From the NCBI GenBank assembly GCA_017501545.1, contig JAFVWS010000004.1:10515-74514 (forward strand): a stretch of 64,000 bases of DNA. The letters are read 5' to 3'. Made by a program: the position numbers and the translations under genes. This DNA is from Clostridia bacterium. Lineage in GTDB: Bacteria; Bacillota; Clostridia; Oscillospirales; CAG-272. How positions within the stretch are numbered: position 1 is the first letter of the stretch; each line of letters opens with the position of its first letter. This document shows, in pieces, positions 9,992-19,141 of this stretch. Under the pieces are notes generated by a model. The model worked only from the letters and a program-made list of their open reading frames with translations. It ran no database searches and was not told the DNA's origin.

Positions 9992-10918
9992 ATGGAAAAC
10001 AATAAATGGATTCAAATCAAGGTTACAACAGGGGTTGAAAATAGGGACTCACTAATTGCAGTTATGAGTATGATTACAAATGGCTTGCAAATTGAGGATT
10101 ATTCAGACCTTGAGGACAGAATACTTGACGGCGTATATGGAGATTTAATTGACGAAAGCGTTTTAAACGCAGACAAAACGATAGTGTCAGTTTCTGCATA
10201 CGTAAGCGCCGACAAGCCCGTTATCGACCATACCGCATACATAAAGGATCGCTTGAATTCCTTAGGCGTGGAATACAACCTTGAGCTTATTTCACTATGC
10301 GAGGAGGACTGGGCGGACTCCTGGAAGCAATACTATAAGCCAATTAAGATAGGCAAAAGGCTTGTTGTTGTCCCAATGTGGGAAAAATATGATGCAAAAA
10401 ATGGCGAAATTATTGTAAAGATGGACCCAGGCATGGCATTTGGCACTGGCACGCACGAAACAACCCGTCTTTGCGCTACACTCCTTGAGGACTATGTGGA
10501 TAATAATTCCGTTATGCTTGACGTTGGCACAGGAAGTGGAATCTTGGCAATTTGTGCAAGTAAGCTTGGTGCAAAGGAGTGCTACGCATACGATATTGAC
10601 CCGGTTGCAGTTAGAGTAGCACGCGAAAACGTAAGGGACAATGACGTTGACAATATTGAGTGCGAGGTTTCCGACCTATTAAAGGGCGTGTCCCCTAAAA
10701 AATATGATGTAATTACTGCAAACATTGTTGCTGATATTATAATTAGAATGTTACCTGACATCGGAAAATTTATGCACGAAAAAACAGTACTTGTAATTTC
10801 TGGTATAATCGACGAAAGGTGCGAGGACGTGTATGCATCAATAAATAAAAACGGCTTTAAAATCATCGAGGAAATTCACGAAAACGGCTGGTGCGCTATC
10901 AGTCTTATGAAAAATTAA
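9992..10918 (+). CDS. prmA: Ribosomal protein L11 methyltransferase
   Basis: EEDWADSWKQYYKP, DPGMAFGTGTHETT, LDVGTGSGIL. Confidence 0.97.
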   Translation: MENNKWIQIKVTTGVENRDSLIAVMSMITNGLQIEDYSDLEDRILDGVYGDLIDESVLNADKTIVSVSAYVSADKPVIDHTAYIKDRLNSLGVEYNLELISLCEEDWADSWKQYYKPIKIGKRLVVVPMWEKYDAKNGEIIVKMDPGMAFGTGTHETTRLCATLLEDYVDNNSVMLDVGTGSGILAICASKLGAKECYAYDIDPVAVRVARENVRDNDVDNIECEVSDLLKGVSPKKYDVITANIVADIIIRMLPDIGKFMHEKTVLVISGIIDERCEDVYASINKNGFKIIEEIHENGWCAISLMKN

Positions 10919-10928
10919 GAGGTAGAAA

Positions 10929-12113
10929 ATGAAAAGCAACGACGCTTCAATGAAAAGGTTCTTTAAAATAAAGAAAAACGAGCTTTACGGCTTCGAAACT
11001 GAATTTAAAAATGAGCATTGGTGGCAGTCATACCCAGTTTCTCGTGGCGAATACCCATTTGTAATAGAAATTCCAAACGGAGTAAAGTCCATTAAGGAAA
11101 ACGCATTTGCAGGCTTAAAATCGGGCGCAAACGGTAAGATAATGATTGTTATCGGTCAGGGCGTCGAGGTGCTTGAAAAATGCGCATTTTCGGGCTGTGA
11201 AATAGATAAGCTTGTTATTTCTGACACAGTAAGAGAAATAAGCCCAGATGCGTTTCGTCTTTCCAAAATAGGTGAGATTGAGGTGGAAAAGACCAACCCG
11301 TTTTATAAAAGCGTGGACGGGTGCCTTTTCGATTATGAAATGTCAACTCTTATTCGCTTTTCGGGTAAGACCAAAAGACAATATGAAATTCCGGCAGGGG
11401 TGTCTATAATCGGCAAAAGAGCATTTGAAAACACACCAAACCTTGAGTGCGTTTACGTCCCTGACACGGTGGTGACACTTTATGACGGCGCATTTTATAA
11501 TTCCGGAATACGCTCGTTTAATTTACCGGCTGATTTATCAATGATAGGTCAAAACGCATTTGCCTTTTGTAAGAGCTTAACCTCGTTTACGTTGCCTCAC
11601 GGAGCGACAATGGTAAACCATAAGCTCTTTTACGGCTGTGAGGCGTTAGAGTCAGTTAGCCTGCCTGAAACTGTTGTCACAGTTGGCAAGGAAGCATTTT
11701 GTGGCTGTAAATCGCTTAGCGAAATTGAATTGCCAGATGCAGCTGTATCAATAGGAGAGGGTGCATTTAGTGGCTGTAAGTCTTTAAAGCTTAACCATTT
11801 TCCAAGTGGTGTATCGTCAATTGAGGCATGTACCTTTAAGGGCTGCGAGTGGATTAGTGAAATTTCACTTCCCGATACCTTGACAAAAATCGGTAAGGAA
11901 GCGTTTAGTGGCTGTAAAAGACTTGCAAGCATCAGCGTTCCTAAGTCGGTTGAAAAAATCGAAGAAAACGCATTTCTCGGTTGCGACAGGGCCATTAAGG
12001 TTACACTTGTGGGCAGAGGCAAAAAGGACAAGCTTCCATTTGACAAGGGCTGGAATTGCCTTGATAACACAGGAATGATAAAAGCAAAAATCAAAAATAT
12101 AATTTTTGAATAA
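10929..12113 (+). CDS. BspA-type leucine-rich repeat (LRR_5) protein, no obvious signal peptide
   Basis: Repeated LxxIxLPxxVxxIGxxAFxGCxxL units; NPFYKSVDGCLF insert typical of the family. Confidence 0.9.
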   Translation: MKSNDASMKRFFKIKKNELYGFETEFKNEHWWQSYPVSRGEYPFVIEIPNGVKSIKENAFAGLKSGANGKIMIVIGQGVEVLEKCAFSGCEIDKLVISDTVREISPDAFRLSKIGEIEVEKTNPFYKSVDGCLFDYEMSTLIRFSGKTKRQYEIPAGVSIIGKRAFENTPNLECVYVPDTVVTLYDGAFYNSGIRSFNLPADLSMIGQNAFAFCKSLTSFTLPHGATMVNHKLFYGCEALESVSLPETVVTVGKEAFCGCKSLSEIELPDAAVSIGEGAFSGCKSLKLNHFPSGVSSIEACTFKGCEWISEISLPDTLTKIGKEAFSGCKRLASISVPKSVEKIEENAFLGCDRAIKVTLVGRGKKDKLPFDKGWNCLDNTGMIKAKIKNIIFE

Positions 12114-12247
12114 TTTTAATACACCTCGCAAGTAATGCGTGCTCTCTCTCTGTTAAGGACAACGCGCTAAAGGCGAGGTGTATTCTTTTCTTGACAAAAA
12201 AACTGCGAAATGATAATATATAATAAAAGACGTAAAAAGAGGTTATT

Positions 12248-12991
12248 ATGCCAAGATTTTTCTTAAACAACGAAAGCATCACAAATGAAAATGGTGAAAT
12301 TAATATAAAAATCACGGGTGAGGACGCACACCATATCTCTCGCTCACTGCGTATGGCGGTTGGCGAAAAAATTGACGTGTGTGATGAAAACGGCGTGGTT
12401 TATAGCTGTATATTAACTGCCTTTACCGAAAACGAGGTGCTTGCAAGGGCTGTTTCCTCCGAGGCGTGCGACAGTGAGCCAAGCGTGCAAATTACACTTT
12501 TTCAAGCGCTTCCAAAGAGCGATAAGATGGAAACAATCATTCAAAAAAGCGTTGAATGTGGTGTTTATAAAATCGTACCGTTTCGCTCAGAGTTTTGCGT
12601 GGTAAAGCTTGATGGCAAGGATGCAGAGAGGAAAAGAGAGCGCTGGCAAAAAATTTCAGAAAGCGCCGCTAAGCAATGTGGCAGAGGCATTATCCCTAAG
12701 ATAGATAGCGTGCTTGATTTTAAGGTGGCTATCAAAATGGCATTGGAAAGCGAGCTTGTGATTTTCTGCAACGAAAGAGAAAAGGACGTGACCCTAAAAA
12801 GCGTTCTTAAGGAAGCAAAGGCAAAATCAATTTCTCTAATAATTGGCTCGGAGGGTGGCTTTAGCGAAAGAGAGGCTGAATATATCGAAAATTGTGGTGC
12901 AAAAAGCATAACGCTTGGCAAAAGAATTCTAAGATGTGAAACTGCACCAACCTTCGTCCTTAGTATAATTTCTTATGAAACCGAAATGTAA
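12248..12991 (+). CDS. rsmE: 16S rRNA m3U1498 methyltransferase RsmE
   Basis: HHISRSLRM, K.DKME.IIQK.VE.G, AAKQCGRG, IGSEGGFS, LGKRILRCETA. Confidence 0.96.
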   Translation: MPRFFLNNESITNENGEINIKITGEDAHHISRSLRMAVGEKIDVCDENGVVYSCILTAFTENEVLARAVSSEACDSEPSVQITLFQALPKSDKMETIIQKSVECGVYKIVPFRSEFCVVKLDGKDAERKRERWQKISESAAKQCGRGIIPKIDSVLDFKVAIKMALESELVIFCNEREKDVTLKSVLKEAKAKSISLIIGSEGGFSEREAEYIENCGAKSITLGKRILRCETAPTFVLSIISYETEM

Positions 12992-13215
12992 AAAGCAAAA
13001 GAGGATGCCACAGTCCTCTTTTTCTTTTTGGCAAGCAAAAAATCGCATTTTTGTTAACTTTGCCGAAAAAATGTGCAATTTTCACAAAAAAATATCAAAA
13101 AAACTATTGAAAAACACAATAAAATAGTGTAATATAATTAATACCAGTGCACAAATTGCACAAAAAATGCAATATTGCACAAAGAAATTTTGACAATCTT
13201 TATCGGAGGTCTTAT

Positions 13216-14301
13216 ATGTCAAACAGATTATTCCAAGGCGTAATACATCAAATGCACTCAGCTATTGATCGCGTAATAGGTGTTATTAATGATGCTGGCT
13301 CCGTAATTGCTTGCAGTGAGCTTTCTATGATTGGAGAGGTTCGCGCTCAGGCAAAGGAAGAAATGGCGTACACAACCGACGCAACTGTGGTGGAGGGCTA
13401 CACCTACCAGCACATCGGCAATGGCGCAAGCCCCGAGTTTATGGTTTTTGTTGAGGGTGAGGACAAGTCTGCTGAAAAGTATGCAGCAATTTTGTCAATT
13501 TCTCTTGCAAACATCAAGGACTTTTATGATGAAAAGAGCGATAAGAGCTCATTTATCAAAAATATCATTATGGACAACATTTTGCCAAGCGATATCTATG
13601 CAAAGAGCAAGGAGCTTCATTTTGACGGAAACGAGTCAAGGGTGGTTTTACTCGCACGCTTCTACACAAGAGGCGACGTATTACCATTTGACGTAATTCA
13701 AAATATGTTCCCAGACAAATCCAAGGATTTTGTCATCTCAACTGCAGAGCAGGATATTGTAATTGTAAAATCACTTGAGCCTGATACGACAAGCCAAGAC
13801 GTTGAACAGCTTGCACAAAATATTTGCGACACAATCAGCTCAGAATTTTACTGCAAGGTAGGTATCGGTATCGGTACTATTGTAGAAAATATTAAGGACC
13901 TTGCACGCTCATATAAGGAAGCACAAATTGCAATTGAGGTTGGTAAGGTTTTTGAAAGCGAAAAGGAAATTATCAGCTACGAAAACCTCGGCATTGGTCG
14001 TCTTATTTATCAGCTTCCAACAACCCTTTGCGAAATGTTTTTAACAGAGGTATTTAAGCACGGCTCACTTGAAACGCTTGATAAGGAAACACTTCAAACA
14101 ATTCAAGTATTCTTTGACAACAACCTAAACGTGTCAGAGACATCAAGAAAGCTATTTGTGCACAGAAACACTCTTGTGTATAGACTTGAAAAAATCAGAA
14201 AGATAACAGGTCTTGACCTTCGTGAGTTTGACCATGCGATTACATTTAAGGTTGCACTTATGGTTAAGCGCTACCTAACATCAAAGCCGATAAAATTCTA
14301 A
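13216..14301 (+). CDS. CdaR/PucR-family transcriptional regulator
   Basis: C-terminal NLNVSETSRKLFVHRNTLVYRLEKI...TGLDL HTH; start MSNRLFQG after GGAGG. Confidence 0.9.
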   Translation: MSNRLFQGVIHQMHSAIDRVIGVINDAGSVIACSELSMIGEVRAQAKEEMAYTTDATVVEGYTYQHIGNGASPEFMVFVEGEDKSAEKYAAILSISLANIKDFYDEKSDKSSFIKNIIMDNILPSDIYAKSKELHFDGNESRVVLLARFYTRGDVLPFDVIQNMFPDKSKDFVISTAEQDIVIVKSLEPDTTSQDVEQLAQNICDTISSEFYCKVGIGIGTIVENIKDLARSYKEAQIAIEVGKVFESEKEIISYENLGIGRLIYQLPTTLCEMFLTEVFKHGSLETLDKETLQTIQVFFDNNLNVSETSRKLFVHRNTLVYRLEKIRKITGLDLREFDHAITFKVALMVKRYLTSKPIKF

Positions 14302-14328
14302 TAACGCCTCTAAAAAAAGGAGGGCTTT

Positions 14329-15609
14329 ATGCAAAAAAAGGTTAGCTTATCTACACTGATTATTTCAGTTGTATGTGCTATTTTAGTTACGTTCCTTATA
14401 ACGGCAGTTGTCTTTGCACTTGGCGGTACAGTTTCTGATATTGTGAAGGCAGTAAAGGCAGCGGACTCAGTTGGTGAGGAAATAGATACTCTTCAAGAAA
14501 ATTTACCACAGGACAAACGAAATCCCGAGCTTTTTAAAACGCTTGCCTATATTGATTACTTTTATCAATCAGGCTACGTAGGTGAGGTTGATAATGAGGA
14601 TTTGCAGTTTTACCTAATGAACGCATATATTGCATACGTTGGCGACAAGTATGGCATGTACTATACTCCCGAGATGGTTGACGAGCTATTTAGTGGCTTT
14701 CAGGGGGTTAGCGTAGGAATTGGCGTTTATATTAAGGGAGAGCTTGAAAATGGTGGAATAAAGGTCTTTGCCACAATGAAGGATTCTCCTGCAGAAACAG
14801 CTGGAATTTTAGCTGGCGAGTATATAACTAAGGTGGATGGCGTTTCGGTTTCCACCCTTGGCTATGACGAGGCAGTAAGCAGAATTTCTGGTGAAATTGG
14901 CGCAGACGTTACACTTACAGTAGAAAATGCAAGTGGAGAGGTGCGCGAGGTAGAGCTTACCCGTCGTGAATACGAAACACAGTCTGTATATTATCGCAAG
15001 TATTCATTTAACAATTCTATTGGTGTAATAAGAATTATTGATTTTACAGACTCAATGCCAAGTCAGTTTAAGGACGCGGTAAATGCGTTAATTGCAGAGG
15101 GCTGTACGTCGCTTGTATTTGACGTGCGCTCAAATGGTGGTGGCACGCTTGACTCCTGCGTTGAGGTTTTAGACTTCTTACTTCCCGAGGGGCCAGTTGC
15201 GTATATCACAGATAGTGAGGGCAACGTTGAAGACACCTATTATTCTGATGAATCAGAAATTGATTTACCTATGGTTGTTTTAACCGACGGCTACACAGCC
15301 TCAGCGGCAGAGCTGTTTACGTGTGCATTGAAGGACTACGACAAGGCAACAATAATTGGTACAAAAACGTACGGCAAGGGCTGTATGCAAAATGTATTTG
15401 AGCTTCCTTGTGGTGGCGCACTAAGATATACGACAAATATGTTTAATGGTCCTGTGTCACCAAACTTTGATGGCGTAGGAATTTCACCTGATATTACAGC
15501 ATCACTTTATTCTCCAGCATCTGAAAAGAATCTCTTTGAGCTAACAGATACTGAGGATAATCAGCTCCACAGAGCATATATTTATTTAATAAACAAAGAA
15601 AGTAATTAA
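14329..15609 (+). CDS. S41 family C-terminal processing peptidase (CtpA-like) with PDZ domain
   Basis: N-terminal TM, GIGV PDZ, DVRSNGGG, TASAAE, GTKTYGKG. Confidence 0.93.
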   Translation: MQKKVSLSTLIISVVCAILVTFLITAVVFALGGTVSDIVKAVKAADSVGEEIDTLQENLPQDKRNPELFKTLAYIDYFYQSGYVGEVDNEDLQFYLMNAYIAYVGDKYGMYYTPEMVDELFSGFQGVSVGIGVYIKGELENGGIKVFATMKDSPAETAGILAGEYITKVDGVSVSTLGYDEAVSRISGEIGADVTLTVENASGEVREVELTRREYETQSVYYRKYSFNNSIGVIRIIDFTDSMPSQFKDAVNALIAEGCTSLVFDVRSNGGGTLDSCVEVLDFLLPEGPVAYITDSEGNVEDTYYSDESEIDLPMVVLTDGYTASAAELFTCALKDYDKATIIGTKTYGKGCMQNVFELPCGGALRYTTNMFNGPVSPNFDGVGISPDITASLYSPASEKNLFELTDTEDNQLHRAYIYLINKESN

Positions 15610-15630
15610 TCGAAAGGTTGGTATATAAAA

Positions 15631-16113
15631 ATGGCAGAACAAAAGACAAAATATACTCAAGAGGGCTACCAAAAATTAATTGACGAGCTTGAATATTTAA
15701 AAATCACTCGCCGTCAAGAGGTTAAGGAGCTCTTAAAGGAAGCAAGAAGCTTTGGTGACTTGTCAGAAAACAGTGAATATGACGAGGCAAAGAATCAACA
15801 GGCACAAGTAGAGCACAGAATTGCTGAGCTTGAATTCCTTATCAAAAATGGTGAGGTTGTTTCCGAGGAAACCATTGATAAAAACGTAGTAAGCATTGGT
15901 TCAACCGTTACAATCAAATATGAGGACGGACGTGAGGTTACCTATCATATCGTCAGCTCAAACGAGGTTGCACCTTTAGAAAAGAAAATCTCCGACCTTT
16001 CACCTATCGGCTCAGCACTTGTTGGCCATAAGAAGGGCGAAACTGTAACAATTGTTACTCCAGCAGGCGAAAAGGACGCAAAGATAGTTTCATTTGAAAG
16101 AACAAAGAAATAA
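15631..16113 (+). CDS. greA: Transcription elongation factor GreA
   Basis: ARSFGDLSENSEYDEAK, IS.LSPIG.AL. Confidence 0.97.
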   Translation: MAEQKTKYTQEGYQKLIDELEYLKITRRQEVKELLKEARSFGDLSENSEYDEAKNQQAQVEHRIAELEFLIKNGEVVSEETIDKNVVSIGSTVTIKYEDGREVTYHIVSSNEVAPLEKKISDLSPIGSALVGHKKGETVTIVTPAGEKDAKIVSFERTKK

Positions 16114-16124
16114 TTGGTGGAAAA

Positions 16125-17651
16125 ATGGCAGAAGCAGTAAATAACGAAAACGTAGCGCTTGAAGAGGATTTAAGCGAGCAAATGATTATAAGAAGGGAAA
16201 AGCTAAAGGCCTTACAGGACGTGGGCAAAAACCCCTTTGAAATTACAAAGTATGATGTAACACACCTAAGCCAAGATGCAATTAAGCTCTTTGAAGAAAA
16301 GGAGCCAACGCTTAGCGAGGGCGAGGAAATAACTGTACGTGTTGCAGGTAGAATGATGTCACGCCGTATTATGGGTAAGGCATCATTTGCACACCTACTT
16401 GATGAGGCAGGCAAGGTTCAGCTTTACGTTTCCAAGAATGACCTTGGCGAGGACGACTATGCAGGCTTTAAAAAGTGGGATATCGGTGATATTATTGGCG
16501 TTGAGGGCGTTCTTTTCAGAACAAGAACCGGTGAGGTTTCTATCCACGCAAAAAGCGCTGTTCTTCTTTCAAAATCACTTCGCCCACTACCAGAGAAGTA
16601 TCATGGCTTAACTAACCTTGAGCAAAGATATAGACAAAGATACGTTGACTTAATCGTTAACCCAGAGGTTAAGGACACCTTCTATAAGCGTTCACAAATC
16701 CTTAAGGAGATAAGAAATTATCTTGATAATAAGGGCTTTTTAGAGGTTGACACTCCAATTTTGGTTCCTATGGAAATCGGCGCAAGCGCGCGTCCATTTA
16801 AGACACACCATAACACCCTTGACCTTGATATGACACTCCGTATCGAAACAGAGCTTTATCTAAAGCGTCTTATCGTTGGCGGTATGCATAAGGTTTATGA
16901 GGTAGGTCGTATCTTTAGAAACGAGGGTATGGACCCAAAGCACAACCCAGAGTTTACAACTATTGAATTATACCAAGCATTTACCGATTATCACGGTATG
17001 ATGGACCTCGTTGAGGAAATGTATAAAATGCTCGCCGAGAAGGTTTGTGGCTCAACCAAAATTACGTATCAAGGCACAGAAATTGATATGGGCAATTGGG
17101 AGAGACTAACTATGGCAGAGGCAGTTAAGAAGTATGCTGGCGTTGATTATAACGACTGGGCAAGCGACGAGGAAGCACGCGAGGTTGCAAAGAAGCTACA
17201 CGTTGAGGTGGCAGACGATGCAACTAAGGGCAGAGTTCTTATTGAAATCTTTGATGCATACGTAGAGGAAAAGCTAATTCAGCCAACCTTTATCTATGAC
17301 TATCCAGTTGAAAACAGCCCTCTCGCAAAGAGAAAGCCAGAAAACCCAGCGTTTACTGAGCGCTTTGAGTACTTTATAAACGCAACCGAATATGGTAACG
17401 CGTTTAGTGAGCTAAATGACCCAATCGACCAAAAGGAAAGATTTGAGGGACAAGTAGCAGAAAAATTAAAGGAAGAGCCAGACTCCAAGGCAGAGGTAGA
17501 CTATGACTACATCGACGCCCTTGAATACGGTATGCCTCCAACAGGTGGCCTCGGCTTCGGCATCGACCGCCTCGTAATGCTCCTCACCGATAGCGCATCC
17601 ATCAGAGACGTTCTTTTGTTCCCAACAATGAAACCCTTGAGCGATAACTAA
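16125..17651 (+). CDS. lysS: Lysine-tRNA ligase (class II)
   Basis: RIMGKASF, YRQRYVDL, FRNEG.D.KHNPEFT, YGMPPTGGLGFGIDRL, FPTMK. Confidence 0.99.
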   Translation: MAEAVNNENVALEEDLSEQMIIRREKLKALQDVGKNPFEITKYDVTHLSQDAIKLFEEKEPTLSEGEEITVRVAGRMMSRRIMGKASFAHLLDEAGKVQLYVSKNDLGEDDYAGFKKWDIGDIIGVEGVLFRTRTGEVSIHAKSAVLLSKSLRPLPEKYHGLTNLEQRYRQRYVDLIVNPEVKDTFYKRSQILKEIRNYLDNKGFLEVDTPILVPMEIGASARPFKTHHNTLDLDMTLRIETELYLKRLIVGGMHKVYEVGRIFRNEGMDPKHNPEFTTIELYQAFTDYHGMMDLVEEMYKMLAEKVCGSTKITYQGTEIDMGNWERLTMAEAVKKYAGVDYNDWASDEEAREVAKKLHVEVADDATKGRVLIEIFDAYVEEKLIQPTFIYDYPVENSPLAKRKPENPAFTERFEYFINATEYGNAFSELNDPIDQKERFEGQVAEKLKEEPDSKAEVDYDYIDALEYGMPPTGGLGFGIDRLVMLLTDSASIRDVLLFPTMKPLSDN

Positions 17652-17654
17652 AAC

Positions 17655-17687
17655 AAAAAAAGCCGACCACGTGGTCGGCTTTTTCTT
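17655..17687 (+). terminator. Intrinsic terminator after lysS
   Basis: AAAAAGCCGACCAC-GTGGTCGGCTTTTT. Confidence 0.85.
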
Positions 17688-17936
17688 ACCTCATCAATTT
17701 CCAAAGCGCCCACAGCATGTCGAGCTGTATGCCAAATTGCAGGCAAAAACGCACAGAAAAATAAATAAAAAATCAACCCAAACAGACCTCAATCTGTATG
17801 GGTTTTTTTGTATAACAATTAGTATTGTTTTACTTGATTAAAAGTGTGTAATATGTTAAAATAATATTAATAAATAAATCAAACCGTAATGAATGCTAAT
17901 TAAATTTACACATAGACAGAATAGACAGGAGGAAAA

Positions 17937-18677
17937 ATGACGGATACGATTAAAAGAATAGATGAACTTATTGAGATGTGTTCTAATACATATGTAAGTG
18001 AATGGGATTATAAAAAAGTAGTATATGAAATTAAAAATTTGGTGTTTGATATATGTGGAGAAAGTAGCACTTGTATGCAAAATTACATTTCTATTGTAGG
18101 AAATAAAAATATATCATGCGAGAGTGCTTGCGCGTATTTTGTGGGAATATTAAATGGATTAAAAAATCATATACGTATTGGTACAAAAAACAGAAAATAT
18201 CAAGTGTTTATTAGTTCTACATATCAAGATTTAATCCAGTATCGTAGAGCGGTTTCTGATGAAATTGCTTTTCGAGGACATTTTCCAGCTGGCATGGAAG
18301 ATTTTACAGCATGTGGTGATGATTTGGAAACGTATATAAAGAAAGTGATCGACGAATCAGACTATTATATTCTGATTATTGGGCAAAGATTTGGAACATC
18401 CACGGAACAAGACGAAAATATAAGCTATACAATGATGGAATATCGATATGCCAAATCTAAAAAAATGCGAATTATTCCTTTCATTTATAATGGAACATTA
18501 ACTCTTGTTGGAAACGATATGGATACAAATAAAGATAAATTTGATAAATTTGTGGAAGAAGTTAAAAAGACTACACCACAATATTTCAAAGACGAAAACG
18601 AACTAATAAGGAAACTCACAAAGGCATTGGAAGTAGAAATGAAAAATCATCCTCAAAAAGGGTGGATAAGGTTATAA
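17937..18677 (+). CDS. DUF4062 (TIR-like fold) domain protein with short N-terminal helical domain
   Basis: KYQVFISSTYQDL...GHFPAGMEDF...IDESDYYILIIGQRFG...SYTMMEYRYA is the DUF4062 pattern. Confidence 0.85.
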   Translation: MTDTIKRIDELIEMCSNTYVSEWDYKKVVYEIKNLVFDICGESSTCMQNYISIVGNKNISCESACAYFVGILNGLKNHIRIGTKNRKYQVFISSTYQDLIQYRRAVSDEIAFRGHFPAGMEDFTACGDDLETYIKKVIDESDYYILIIGQRFGTSTEQDENISYTMMEYRYAKSKKMRIIPFIYNGTLTLVGNDMDTNKDKFDKFVEEVKKTTPQYFKDENELIRKLTKALEVEMKNHPQKGWIRL

Positions 18678-18749
18678 ATAAGAAATTTAAAAACAACCCA
18701 TATGGTGATTTCCGTATGGGTTGCTTTTTGTATATTAATTTGAGTGTTA

Positions 18750-19019
18750 TTACTTGTTGTTTTTAATAAATTCTTTCGCATTATGCAACAACTTTAAGTC
18801 TGATTGTGAAATGTATTCGAAATTGTCGAGGTTAAGCAAGTATCTTGGGTCTAATTTTAAAATTTGACAAATTCTGCGAAGCTGCTCAATGCTGGGTTCT
18901 TGAACGTTTCGTTCTATTTTTGAGTAATTAGACTGGTTCATTGGTATTAATTTTGACATGTCTCGTTGCGATAGGTCTAAATCCTCACGAGCATTGCGAA
19001 TTTTATCTCCCATTTGCAT
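18750..19019 (-). CDS. XRE-family HTH regulator, probable R-M controller
   Basis: IRNAREDLDLSQRDMS...QSNYSKIERNVQEPS...L; divergent from the R-M operon. Confidence 0.88.
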   Translation of the reverse strand: MQMGDKIRNAREDLDLSQRDMSKLIPMNQSNYSKIERNVQEPSIEQLRRICQILKLDPRYLLNLDNFEYISQSDLKLLHNAKEFIKNNK

Positions 19020-19071
19020 AAAAACAAGTTCCTTTCCTTTTCTATAATTATAGCCAATTTAACTAAATCTA

Positions 19072-19126
19072 TTGAAAAATAGTTAAAAATGCCGTATAAT
19101 TATAAACAAGAGTTAGATTTTAACTC
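19072..19126 (+). promoter_or_regulatory. R-M operon promoter with palindromic operator
   Basis: TTGAAA(19072)-17 nt-TATAAT(19095); GAGTTA-GATTT-TAACTC at 19110-19126. Confidence 0.6.
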
Positions 19127-19141
19127 AAAGGAGAGCAACAA

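Noticed and set aside
17698-17745. Remnant of an rlmD/rumA 3' end (FP...HVE) as an att site
   Set aside because: Translates FPKRPQHVE, spacing differs from FPxTxHVE; too short to support
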